From Octopus vulgaris (taxonomy: Eukaryota): DNA of 64,000 nucleotides. The translations under genes and the position numbers were made by a program. Below are positions 27,537 to 43,039 of the stretch, one piece after another. The stretch is taken from assembly GCA_951406725.2 (NCBI GenBank), contig OX597818.1:143778001-143842000 (forward strand). The letters are read 5' to 3'. Positions within the stretch are counted from its first letter, which is position 1. Each line of letters starts with the position of its first letter. Under the pieces are notes generated by a model. That model made no database searches. It saw only the letters and a list, made by a program, of their open reading frames with translations, and was not told where the DNA came from.

Positions 27537-29517
27537 GGAGTGAAAAAGAGCGATTGACATAAGTTATATGGAAATATTTTCTAGGAAATAATTGGTACCC
27601 TCTACTGACGCCTGGTAACAATGCTTAGCTATAAGAATGATGAATATCTTTTTTCATTAAAACAGTTTTATAAACAGTTATATTTCTATGTTTGTACATA
27701 TATGTATGTACATGTGCATATATGTATGCATGACTGTATTTGTGTGTGTGTGTGTATATGTGTGTGTATATGTGTGTGTGTTTGTGTGTGTGTGGTGTGT
27801 GTGTACTATGAATAGACTAATAGCCCTTTAAAAACTACTAAGAAATATATTGCATTTTTTTTACTAATATGTTATAAACATTTACTAATCGCTGACATAA
27901 TAATAACAGCTTAAATCATCTTTTGCTGATTGTACTGATTAAACATAATAAAGTACAGTTCGTTAAGATTGCTGTTTCAAACCCAAATATTCCCGTTCTA
28001 TAGACGAGAAGGTTATGTGTGTCATGCCTGCCCATATGTAGATATGTATTTGAATAAGCTGTATGTGTATGCATGTCTGTATGTAAGAGAGAAAGTGTGT
28101 AAGTGTATGTGAATGTATGTATGTGTGTGTGTGTGTGTGTGTGTGTGAGTATGTGCGTGTGGACTCGCTACTGAACATGAGATTCAGCTCACACTGCTCC
28201 ACTCCACCATGACCATCATCAAGACAATGTGTTATATGGAAGTTATGAAATTCTAATCTCTTACAATTAAATACTAATTGCCTAACAAAATTCGAGGCAT
28301 ATTTACATAATATGTCTGGAAGAAGATGATATTCTTTATATTGTTCTCTTTTGTTTAAGGGAACATGAGATGATTTAGGATATTCTGTGAGAATAGCAGG
28401 ACCATTTTGTTTTACATCGCTCTTAATGTTCAGCTTACTATAAACGGTAAGCTTCGTTGATCTTTGTCATTCTTGGAAGACCATGTTTATATTGCATGGG
28501 TTTTAGGGAGCTAACATTTTGGCACCCATCATGAATGAAATAAGAAGTGATAAAGTTTCCTTTTTCATTCATTTTCTTTCTTTCAATTGCCTTTCACACA
28601 GTCATTGATGGAAATGAATTAAAAAAACTATTAAGGAAATTATGTAGTAAATACTGTTTTGACATAATGTAAATATGTTTTATAGTTTCTTTGGAAAAAG
28701 AAGTCGTTCCATGGTTTTGGTAAAAAGCTTATAAAAACATTGGCTTAGCCAAAAATTTCAGGTCAACAATTGTTTGTTCATGTAAATCGTATACAAAAAA
28801 CACTTATCAGAAACATCTTACAATTAAAATCATTAAATCATTTAAAAAGGTATTTCCAAAAAGAAAAAGATAAACAAGTATTTCAAAATCGAACCACATG
28901 TTATTGTTTCTGTTTACATTCGTTTTAATTTTTTTGGTTTTTGTTTTTGTTTTGTTTCCCATCTTAAAAGAAAACAGAATCACATCTGCAGCCATTGACA
29001 AAAAGTAAATAATAAAACTGCAATAAAAGTATTGGTCTTTTCACGTCTAAAATGAATACAAGATATGTTACCACACTAAGAAAAAAAAATACATTTCAAA
29101 GACTAATGGTAATATTATTTTAGATATTTTACTCTGAAATATTTTATCGAGATTATTATGTCGAAAGAATCACGATTCCTTTACTTCTATGAATTTGTCT
29201 CTTATCTCATTTTACTGATCTTGGATTACAATAAGTAATGTATTACGTTGATTTTCTTTCTATGCGTTCTCTTAATTTTTTTTTTATTAAATAGCATTAT
29301 TATTCATAGTAATAGGCATCTACGGTAAAATACAATAACATACCACTGAACGCATCTCATAAACAAAAGTGAGATCATAGAAACCAAAAATTCATAGTCA
29401 ACCCGTATTTGCATTTAATTTAAAATACCTTTTAAAAATGGATATAGTTGACCTCTCTAAAAGTAAAAAAAGAGAAAGGAACAAATTGGTAAAAATTCAA
29501 TTTCATGCGTAAAAAGT

Positions 29518-29588
<71 letters not shown>

Positions 29589-29918
29589 TATATACAAACA
29601 TACACACATACATACATACATACATACATACATACATACATACATACATACATACATACATACATACATACATACACACACGCACACATATATGTGTGCG
29701 TGTGTGTGTGTTTCTCTGTATCTATATATATGGAAATATTGATATACGTATGAATGTTTATATGGATGTAAATATATATATACATCTGTAAGTATGCATA
29801 TATATATACACGCATATTGAAAGCAGAAATATTGCTAAGGGCTTAAGAGTCCAATGATTTATGTTTATATTATGTACTTTATATTTGATATCCATATAAA
29901 TTACACATACTGGATATA

Positions 29919-29951
<33 letters not shown>

Positions 29952-30270
29952 GGAATATACATATATGTACATATGTATATATATATATATATACATATTC
30001 ATATATATATGTATGTATATATATCTGTAAGTATTATGTATATGGAGTGTGACATTACATAGTTATATCATGTAGACCAATACATTATGCCATCACGTGG
30101 CTACGATCTAGCAGGGGACTTAAGGTGCTGTTCGGTGACTCCAATATTTCACTGAATTTAAACAACTCTAAAATATTGCATACTTCCTATTCGTTCGAAT
30201 AAATTATTCACATTAATGGAAGTTTGTATGCATACATACATTTATAAATATTCGTGTGTAGTTCTTCATG

Positions 30271-30302
<32 letters not shown>

Positions 30303-30374
30303 TACATACATAATGTATGTATATGTTTCTGTGTGTATGTGTGTATGTATGTATGCATGTATATATATATATGG

Positions 30375-30406
<32 letters not shown>

Positions 30407-30586
30407 CTACAAAATTACACAATATTCAGTATAGAATACAAACTGAGAAATGATTAACAAGAAAAACGACACATATCAAAATATATGATATATGATATAT
30501 ATATATATATATATATGCATATATATATATATATATATGTATATGTATATATATATTCATTTGTATATATATATGTATATATGTGT

Positions 30587-30661
<75 letters not shown>

Positions 30662-31535
30662 CATACATATATATATATATTCACGTATATACAGCACAAT
30701 GGGGAAACAAACTAACATAGATTCATGACATAATAATGCACGGGTGAGCTATCGAAAACACAAAGTTAAATAAATAGAAAAGTTATAAACAAAAAAATTA
30801 CTTGTCCAAATAAACATTAATATATCACAATTGGAAAATAAATATTCAATTTATGATTGTTATCGTTGTCCTGTCGATTTAATATTTTAAAAATTATTTA
30901 TGGTGTTTTTTATTTATTTATTTTTTAACCTTTTCACTTTCCTCCCATTATTATTTTCTGTATTAATCTTCACTTTTCTCAAAACTATATACATTTTAGA
31001 AGCAGAAGCGTACCTTAGATGTAGAATACGTGTATGGATAAAAATGTATGTGTGTGCACGTGTGTAAACACGTATGTAGTATATGTATGTATGTATTTAT
31101 GTATGTATGTATGTATGTAAGTATATCCGTACATCTAATGATATATATATTGGGAGACGCTTTATTCTGTATACGTAATCAATAGCATAATCGATTGAAA
31201 ATCAAATAGTAATGTGCTTCTATATTGCTATATATGTGAGGGTATTTAAGTGTACATGTTAAAATCATGACCACATTACTTCTAACATGTCTAATAATGG
31301 ATATTTTAGAATTAAAAAAAAATTGATTAATTTCATTTCTTCACCACACCACTGTCAAAGTTCCCTATTTGATTAGATTAACCTAATTGAACTCACGTTT
31401 CTTTAGTATTTTAATATATTTTCACTTGTGTTTTTAGTTTGTTGTGTACATGTATATTTCAATTAAAACCCCTTGACAAACATTATAGTTTTGTATATAA
31501 TCCAGCAACTATAGTAGTAGTAGTAGTAGTAGTAG

Positions 31536-31584
<49 letters not shown>

Positions 31585-32884
31585 ATCAGTGGTTATGGTT
31601 GCCGGTATTCTTGTTTTTTGCTGCATTTGTCATTGTTGTTATAGGTATTGTTGTTCTGGTGGTAGTTCTGGTGGTGGTGGTGGTGGTGGTGGTGGTGGTG
31701 GTGGTGGTGGTGGTGGTGGTGATGGTGGTGGTGGTGGTGGTGGTGGTGGTGGTGGTGACGACGGCGGCGGCGGCGGTTTTTTTAAGAAGACTTTATGAAA
31801 TGTAAATAAATAAGATTTAGAAAAACTGGTAGCTGAAGAGAGGGAGTGATTCTAAGGAAAATGCATCGAACAAATGGAATTGGGGACTGCATTGTTTCAT
31901 CGTGTTATTCGATTTTAAAATACAGAAAGAGCCAAATATGAACTATATTTATCCCTACAGGCGCAATAATTCCTTGAACCACCACTGAATAAAATAAATC
32001 TATAAAATTGTTACAATCGTTTGTTCAAAATTTACTTTCTAACCAACTAAATCTAATTCAAAGATGTGAAAAAGATATTAATGTACATTCTAATATTGAA
32101 CTTCTAAATCAACAGAATATTGAGAAATTTTCTTATTAGGTATAAAGGGTGAACGTTCTATTTTTGTTTATAATTTCTAGTGTGACTTTTTTACAAATAA
32201 TTACGAAGTTTAAACCATTTTCATTTGTGTAATTTGATTTTTTTGTTTTTGATTTGTATTCAAAATCTAAAGTGTGTGATAAAAAAATGGAATATAACAT
32301 TGAAAGAGTAAAAGTCATTAGCAACATCATAGTTACCATCATCAATATCATATCGAAATATCATTACAGTTGTCATAAATATTATCACCATTATAATCAT
32401 TATCATCATCATTTTTATTATCATAGTTAACTCATTGATCATCGTTTATTCGGAACTACAAAAAAATCGATTCCGGATAATAAACTACGAACTTGGTACT
32501 ATAGAGATCACTCCCTAAATAACAATCATATACATACACACACATATATATATATATAATAAGGCCATGGAATGTAGTTACAAAATTAAATCAAACATCT
32601 GCTCTGTTGTTTGTTTTGCTGTTGTTTGTAATTCAATTATTATCATTATCAATAATAATTACTTTCCAAAAAGGTTTTGTGAAAAATGGCACTGAAGAAT
32701 GGATACGTAGTTTCACTTCAATAATGAAAAAGATAATACGTACTGGACTGAATGGGCTATTTTTGCAATTACTTTTGTGGGTTTCTTCTTTTCAAAATTC
32801 ATTACAAAATACTGATTAAAAAAGGAGATTATCCCATGTTAGGACATCGGTAGGACGTTAAAGTTGTTATATAAAAAGGCTACG

Positions 32885-35334
<2,450 letters not shown>

Positions 35335-36080
35335 TCATTCCTTTAAACAAGCTGATTCGTAGTGTTTGTTCAGATAAGATTTCAGTGCAAACGACTTGTC
35401 ACATCTTTTGCACTTGAAATGCTTAAATGCAGAATGTGTTTGCATATGAGCGCGAAGATTAGACCTGTCAGCGAAAGCTTTGCCACAATGAGCACATCCA
35501 AACGGTTTCTCGCCGGTATGCGAGCGCATATGTCCTTGCAAGAGCCATGGTCGGCTGAACGCTTTGCTACAGACATCGCACTGGTGTTTCAGGTCATGAG
35601 TAAGTATATGCATTGACAGAGCGGGCATGCTCACATAAACTTTTTGACAATGCGGACACTTTTTCGCCAGTTTACTGTCCAGGCTACGATGAGTCTGCTT
35701 GTGGCGCGATAGATTCGAGGAAGTAGCGTAGTTTTTACCACATTCATTACAGGTATATCGTTGCCGACTAACTTTTTCAGGGATACCTAATGCGTTCCGC
35801 CGACGAGAACGACCATCACTGATAAAGAAAGCGTCATAGGTATAACCAATAGTCAAAGCTGTTGGACTGCAGCTAGAATCTCGAAGATCATCCACGCTGT
35901 CAGCTGTCATGGGGCTGTCTTCTTCGGGTTCAGGCTCTCCATATGAATCAGTTCCAAAGGATTTTTCAGATTCCAAGCCGTTCTGTAAGCCATTTTGCAA
36001 GCTGTTTTGTAAGGTGTTCTGCAAGCTGTTCTGTAAGCCGTTTTGCAATAGGGAAGTAGAGAGGACATCGTGTATATAGC
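35335..36080 (-). CDS. scrt: Scratch-family (Snail superfamily) C2H2 zinc-finger transcriptional repressor, terminal coding exon
   Basis: The ORF contains the Scratch-domain motif GYTYDAFFISDGRSRRR and five C2H2 fingers (CNECGKNYATSSNLSRHKQTH; CPHCQKVYVSMPALSMHILTH; CDVCSKAFSRPWLLQGHMRSHTGEKPF; CAHCGKAFADRSNLRAHMQTH; CKRCDKSFALKSYLNKHYESAC), closely matching known Scratch proteins. The acceptor (polypyrimidine tract, TTACAG) ends at 36081 and the exon starts in phase 1 (GC TAT ATA CAC = G-Y-I-H-D). TGA stop at 35335-35337. The ORF-track Met at 36123 is intronic. Confidence 0.96.
35977..36048 (-). repeat. Coding 12-bp tandem repeat (6 x LQN[G/S/T]) within the scratch exon
   Basis: Plus-strand units gccgttctgtaa, gccattttgcaa, gctgttttgtaa, ggtgttctgcaa, gctgttctgtaa, gccgttttgcaa. 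Confidence 0.95.
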
Positions 36081-36110
36081 CTGTAAGTATAAAAAAAAGA
36101 GACAGTTTAA
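36081..36110 (-). other. 3' splice acceptor of the scratch intron
   Basis: The minus strand reads CTGTCTCTTTTTTTTATACTTACAG|GCTATATAC, a pyrimidine tract plus CAG immediately before the GYIHD segment. Confidence 0.85.
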
Positions 36111-36149
36111 TGAAATAACGCATAAAGGAATAAAAGAATATAGGCAGAA

Positions 36150-36196
<47 letters not shown>

Positions 36197-36204
36197 TAGA
36201 TAGC

Positions 36205-36252
<48 letters not shown>

Positions 36253-36260
36253 TAGATAGC

Positions 36261-36294
<34 letters not shown>

Positions 36295-36304
36295 TATAGA
36301 TAGC

Positions 36305-36344
<40 letters not shown>

Positions 36345-36450
36345 TAGATATACGTCAAAAAAATTGTGCCTGCGTATGTATGTGCATGTCACGATAAGTG
36401 TGTCACTGCCTAATTTGTAGCCTGGTTATAATTGTAAATCTACAAGCTCA

Positions 36451-36585
36451 AGCATGGCTGTATTGTTAAAAATTCCGCTTCGCAACTATGTGTTTTCGGG
36501 TTCTCTCCCACAACTCAGCACATTTAACGAGTGTCATCTCGATCAAATAAAGTTTTGTGAGTAAAATTTGGTATAACAAAAGTGG
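36451..36585 (+). mobile_element. Degenerate tRNA/CORE-like SINE head (family B)
   Basis: gcatggctgtattgttaa...cgcaactatgtgttttcgggttc...ttgtgagtaaaatttggta resembles the head of the 51629-52024 element. Confidence 0.5.
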
Positions 36586-37412
36586 AAACCCACCAAAAGG
36601 ACCGTTCCCCTTTCTTTACAGTAGAATTAACCCTTTACCTGGTTTAACACCATCTCATCCTTCAATTCCTTTAGCGAAATTCGTTGCGTTGCGAGTATTC
36701 GAGTAAAATACCCGGTCTAAGAGTAAAAGGTCAAAGAACCTGAACTTCCTCTTTTGACTAAACCATTAAAATAAAAGATGCACCGGTTTAATACTTCATT
36801 CTGATTATGAGTGTATATATATTGTTATATCATTGTATTTGATTAACTTCCACAGTCACATAGCATTCGCTACAAACACCAGCATTGACTGAGGTTAGTA
36901 AAACTTTTCATTCTGCATCTCTTTTAGAATATTCCAAATTTTATTGATTCCTATATCCTTGTTTTATTAAAAATAAATGTGTGTTTTATTCCCATTCATA
37001 GATATCAAACAAGAAATTTCGGTGACTTATAAAGATTTCAATAGAGAGTGTATTAAATCTAATAGTGAGCATATTACCATCAATCTACACGAGTAGTACT
37101 GTATATCGACCACACTCTATCACCATCTCAATATTGCAATAACTACTTTAGTTTTATATTATTCCTTGCGTGTGTCTAACTTCATAAACACTTGTTAACT
37201 TTATCGTCCAGATAAAATTTACCTACTCCTATCGTTAGCAACCAAAACAGTACTTTCCAGCTAGATCGAATACTAGATTTATAACTAGAAAATATACCAA
37301 CCCCTTGATAATACTGAAAGTCACATATAATGAATCGACATTTCCTATTGAAATATTGCTTCACATTCACGACACGTATATTTCATTTAAAATAAATTAT
37401 ATGAATTAATAT

Positions 37413-37643
37413 GCCTATTTCTTTATTACCCACAAGGGGCTAAACATAGAGGGGACAAACAAGGACAGACATAGGTATTAAGTCAATTACATCGACCCCA
37501 GTACGTAACTGGTACTTAATTTATCGACCCCGAAAGGATGAAAGGCAAAATCGACCTCGGCGGAATTTGAACTCACAACGTAACGCAGACAAAATACTGC
37601 TAAGCATTTCGCCCGGCGTGCTAACATTTCTGCCAGCTCGCCA
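37413..37643 (-). mobile_element. tRNA-derived SINE with Meta-like central domain and 14-bp TSD
   Basis: Minus strand: GGCGAGCTGGCAGAA...GAGTTCAAATTCCGCCGAGGTCGATTTTGCCTTTCATCCTTTCGGGGTCGATAAATTAAGTACCAG (tRNA head plus MetaSINE-like core). TSD ATATGAATTAATAT at 37399-37412 and 37644-37657. Confidence 0.88.
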
Positions 37644-38395
37644 ATATGAATTAATATACCCTCACGCTAACCACAGTAAGTGTCATATGAAATCGGAAAA
37701 TATATAATAAAAAAGTTCAGTTATATGGCAAATCCCCAAAGAAATATTTGGAACGTATGAAATGTAAATGCTTAATAATTAACTGAAATATTTAGTGTAA
37801 AATACACTCAATAAATATGGAAGAGAATGTGAAAATAAATATATAAATAACTAAATTGTCATTGCAACGTTTGTAAAATTAGAATAAGCGCAAAGCAATT
37901 GCTGAATGGATAATCCTGTTTAATTACATGGCAAGCACTTCCATTGCAAACTCCGTAGCATCTCAAACGCTGGCACCTTGCCACGCAGCATCACAACATG
38001 GTAATATATCATTAAGACTGCCTCCCGGAGCATTAACAGAATATTGTGTATAGCTAATATTGACAGCAGCGTTTTTACACTGCACGAATGCGTTACTGCA
38101 CAAACACTTCGATATTTGGCACATTATCCCGTCTACCCGTTTCAAGCTGAAGCCACCATATTGTCCTTTTTTGCATCAGTTATAGCCTATCTTTTGAAAG
38201 TTTGTTTTATATCTACAACAATTGTGTTAGATATTGGTACAAGCGTTCGTGTTTGAACTTAGGTGATTTTCATTGATGAAGGATCATCAAAGTGAAGATA
38301 TTCACTTTGTTTTACTGTGAAACCCAGAAGCAATCATATGATTCAGTTAAGGTAAAAATTGACCAATTCAATGATTGCTACGTGTGCATGTGTGT

Positions 38396-38462
<67 letters not shown>

Positions 38463-38690
38463 TGCATGCCTGTGTGTGTGTCTGTGTACCTGTGTGTGGT
38501 GCGTGTGTGTGTGATTTGAGTTTATCACTTTAAAGCTAGTTTAAGAATAACAATGGGATATTTACTGACATGGTTACTCAATATTATGAATAAAGTTAAA
38601 TTTATAATATACATATTGATAGAGTTGTATGTATTTACCCATGAAACATATCCCATGATAATATATATCAACTGAAAGCGATATCGATTA

Positions 38691-39894
38691 CACAGGCCAA
38701 CGAAACAATTTTTCGTGTTCTCTATTGTCAAAAAATTTGGACCTAACCTAGGGGTTTTAGAATCTGAAAATGACTAGATTTTAAGACACTAGATCCATAT
38801 TTCATTGCTTTTTGTTTTTTGTTTGTTTGTTTTTTGTTGTTTTTTTTGTTTTTTTGTTGTTTTTTTGTTTTTTGTCAAGAAACAGCTTATGAAGAACAAA
38901 GCATAACGTATAAACATACATTCTATTCAAAACCAGAATGTTTTCTTAAAATTCTACTGAAAAACTAGTAAAATCCTTAAAATTTTTACAGAAAAATTAC
39001 ATCAGTTTATGCTCAATTTCCCATGAATTTGTATTTGAATGATTTTCTTGAGTGCTGCACTTCAGTCAGGTCATGATCCAAGTTCTAACAATAATCCGCC
39101 AGCATAAGCAAGTCTCATCTACCTTGATACTTTTGTTCTATTGATTTTATGTTCTGATGGAGATGTTTTCCTTGTTTGTCATTTGCGTCACTGAGAGTTT
39201 CAGGAAATAACGACGGAGATAGTGCAGCTTTATGTTCATATTTGCTACCCAACTTTTGAAAGTTCTCCAGCATGTTGTCAACTATTTCGGCATAGTTGGC
39301 TGCTTTCTTATTACCCAGAAAGTCATTTACAAACTATTTCAAATGCATTCCATGCTGCTACTTCAATGCAATTCATTGAATTTTAAAAGTTCCCATCTTC
39401 TAATTTTCTTATTTGAGACCCATCAAATACTCCAGCTTTTATCTTTTCGCTGTTCAGACCGGGAAATATGTTGCAGATATAGTGAAAGTATGGTCCAACT
39501 TTATTCAGAGCATTAACAAACTGCTTCATAATGCTGAGTTTGATATGGAATAGAGGTATGATGATTTTTCCCAGTTGAACTAAAGGCTCTTCAACCATGT
39601 AAAATCACCCTGAAACTAATATTTCCAGCGGCCATTCTTTGATCACCCAATGTCTTTCCTTGACTCTGCTGTCCCACATACATAAAAAGCATAGATATTT
39701 CGTGTATCCACTTTGTTGCTCCAGGAAAAAATTTTAAACTCCATGCCTATTACTCACTGATGATAGCGGGGTTTGGATATCTTGAAATCTAGACGTAATG
39801 GCAAAACAAAAAATGCATGTCATTTTTAGATTCAGCATAAAAACCTTAAAACCAGGTAAAAATGTCCTAACAACAAAACACCTGTTCGGTTGGG
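38691..39894 (-). mobile_element. Internally deleted Chapaev3-like (CMC) DNA transposon
   Basis: Minus-strand remnants FFLEQQSGYTKYLCFLCMWDSR, IIPLFHIKLSIMKQFVNAL and EKIKAGVFDGSQIRKL. Flanked by TTA on both sides (38688-90, 39895-97), with a CAC left terminus and subterminal inverted repeats at 38752-38774 and 39819-39845. The family name comes from recalled motifs. Confidence 0.75.
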
Positions 39895-40139
39895 TTATTT
39901 TAGTAATCAGCTATCCCTTGCTTTCAAAAGTAAACCAAGATTAAAATACCCATCCATATTAGAAATTTATTAGTAATTGTGAAAAAAGTTTTAAACCAGC
40001 TCGAAGAAAAATACAACTAAATACGAGCTGCTCTAATTCAATTTCTTAAGTCTTTTACACCGAAAGTTTCAAACGGAAATCCGTATCCTATTAATCTTGT
40101 CAATTTAAAATCTTTTGGAGATGATACACTAAAAGGTCT

Positions 40140-40350
40140 TTGTTGTTTAGTCACAAATCAACAATGATCGCTCAGATCAACGACCAAGGAAGCTCCAGCA
40201 GTAACCGTCCTGTCCTTTTTTTATAGTGTATCTTAAGACCACATTAACCAATGTATCACTTTTTAAAAGATGTCGGGTATAATATGAGGAAGGTTTGGTT
40301 ACTATTTCTGAAGAATATTGTGACGATATAACTGTTACTTCCTTGATTTA
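40140..40350 (-). repeat. Unclassified dispersed repeat (family C)
   Basis: tgttgtttagtc...ctccagcagtaaccgtcctgtcc...aagaccacattaaccaatgtatc...ggtttggttactatttct matches the other family C copies. Confidence 0.6.
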
Positions 40351-42352
40351 TTTCTCAATAGTTTAGTCTAAGTCAGACAGAAGAAATAAAACCAGCAATG
40401 TAAACTGACACAACACTAATTAATTTAACTGCGTATATTGCAATTAAATTAACCAGTGGTTATTGTGGGTGTAGTCTTAGTGATGTATTTATTTATAGCT
40501 ATGTTAATTGAACAATAGCTAAGGGCTCTACACATTAATGGGTGATGGAATATAAAGAGTCGATCCTTAAACCAGAATTTCGATGCTGTATCGACTCGCT
40601 TGACTACGAATCTCTTGCTTTTATCATTAGTTTTCAGTTTAATTCATCTGGCCGTACACGTATGCTAAACCATATATCACACATTTTCATAGTCAACATA
40701 GTCAACATATAGACATATATTTTGTTATTTAGTCACGTGTGTGTGTGTGTATGTGTGTGTGTGCGCGCGTGTATGTATAATCAGATTCAAATAATAAATC
40801 ATTCAACGTTAATATGCACAAGTACATATATCAAAAGTACATATATCAAAAGATATTCTCATAGTGGCATCCGTGTCCACGCAAATACATTCATATACAA
40901 AGTTATTATAAAGAAGAAAAATAGTCTGTTTGCAAAACAAACTTTCGGGAAGGTCATATGATAATAGGATAACCTCATAATTATTTAACATACTAGACTA
41001 AAAATCGCTGAACTGATCGACTATCATATGATTTATCGATTGTAGAACTAATCGATATATTGAATATTATGGAAGATTTAATATTGACCATATTGGTGAA
41101 CTGAACATAATTTATATATTAACGTTGGCCATTTCCTTCACTCAGACAACAATGATGGTGAAACTGACGATAGACATTTTCTTATTTTCGTAAAACTTAG
41201 TCAGAATACGTGACGAAGCGTATTCTTTTATTCTAATTATGGCCTTGCCTTTTCTATATCTTCTAGTTATGATAATATTCTAGCGTTTTACTAACAATAC
41301 CAATTTATCGTTCCGCTAGTAATATCATTAAAATCGATCGTTTCTTTGTTTTAGATATGACGTCAAATTTTATACTGGTTACTGTTCGATTCTATTTATG
41401 GCAAAGCTATCTGCCTTTGGGTTCTTTCTTTCTTTCTTTTTTTCTCTTCCTCAACCTGTTGAAGCTGAGAGTTTGAATTATTCCTTCGTTCTGTTTACTC
41501 TATCAAATCCTACACTGCTCTCTTTTCATTTTCTCATGAAAATATGATTATTTGTTGTTACCGGTGATGACGTTACATAGCATATTTGTTGTTTGTTTCA
41601 GTTCCTTCATTTCTTGTTCACATCAGCATCCTGTATTTCGAATATCTTTAGGATATGCTCACTGCTGATGAATTTGGATCACGTATATTTTCATTTGTTC
41701 AAATTACATCAGCTTTGACCTCTGTTGTTTTCTTATTCTGATAATTAATTATGTTTACGGCTTCAAATTTGACACTTTACATTCTTTCACCCTGACATTG
41801 TTGTATGATGCTTAAAACAACCAAGCAAAAACAATGACACTGTTCAAACACAAAAAAAGTTTTAAGAACTGTTTTTATTTGTTAGTTATTTGGCTTATTG
41901 CAGTCCCAATAACTTAAAATTGAAAATAAATATTGCTCTAGTGGCTATATTTATTTTCATTTTTGCCTGACATGCTATTCTTGATCAGTCTATTCTTGCC
42001 CCTGTGGCAAGAATAGTCTGGTCTTTATCGGATATTCAGTAAAACGTATTTTCCTAAATAGCTATTATTTTCTTTCTGATATTTCATATTATTACTACTT
42101 ATAATAGCATTTATCGCTAGGTAATCTAACATCATTCTCTTTCCATGCTTCAATAAAATATTACTGTCAACATTATCCTTGTAAAAATTAATAAGTAATC
42201 TAGTAAAAGGTATTAAGTTTTCTTGCGGTTAAATGTAAAATTGTTTTTATATGCAACTATAATATGTGCAGTATTGTCTTTTGAGAGTGTAGTATTAAAA
42301 TTGTATGGTACATTTATTTTGTTTCGTATTTATGTTTTGCATATAGCAACAT

Positions 42353-42440
42353 GTACCAGTCAGAAACTGCAGTTAATGCATTCGACTAAACCCTCTCCCC
42401 TAAATTTGCTGGCCTTGTGCCAAAATTTGAAACCAATCTT

Positions 42441-42477
<37 letters not shown>
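42353..42477 (+). mobile_element. Meta-like SINE 3' fragment with (TAG)n tail
   Basis: gtaccagtc...cgactaaaccctctcccctaaatttgctggccttgtgccaaaatttgaaac is close to the reverse complement of 42861-42940. Confidence 0.6.
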
Positions 42478-42478
<1 letters not shown>

Positions 42479-42860
42479 TTTCTCGAATCCATCCCTCAAA
42501 AAAATTATAGTATACAAAGTAAAGTAACCGATACATATAAGAAAGCAAAATGTAAAAAATATGTAAATGAATACTCAATCAAATGGCTGGAAATTTGAAA
42601 ATAATAACATCCCAACAGAAAAACTCAGCATAATGGGAAATACCTTTGACATAAAAATATCAACAACAGTAGGCATGCATTTACTGCATCGAACGTAAAT
42701 CGGGATATCGAAAAGCTATCTTTTGCACATCTCCTTTGACACAATGAGACTTTTAATATGAAACATTTTCATATTGGAAGCATTTTGTGCGCAAGACAGG
42801 AACCAATCTACTATAATTCATTATAGTACAAATTTCGAATAGATCTTGAGAAATAATTAG

Positions 42861-42995
42861 TTTTAAAATTTGGTACAAAGCCAGCAATTTCAGGGAGGGT
42901 GTAAGTCAATTACATCGACTCCAAGGTTCAATTGGTTCTTATTTTATGACTCCGAAAGGATGAAAGGTAAAATCGACTTCAGCGGAATCTGAACT
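42861..42995 (-). mobile_element. Meta-like SINE fragment
   Basis: aagtcaattacatcgac...ccgaaaggatgaaaggtaaaatcgacttcagcggaatctgaact matches 37479-37573. Confidence 0.75.
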
Positions 42996-43039
42996 TCACT
43001 CTTATGAAATATTAAAAGGTAGAAAGTGACTAATCTGTG

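Noticed and set aside
35362-35616. Antisense and alternative-frame ORFs over the zinc fingers
   Set aside because: Shadow ORFs of the scratch exon.
36081-36123. Apparent N-terminus MRYFIKLSLFFILTG (signal-peptide-like) of the 262-aa ORF
   Set aside because: It is the translated polypyrimidine tract of the splice acceptor; Scratch is a nuclear protein.
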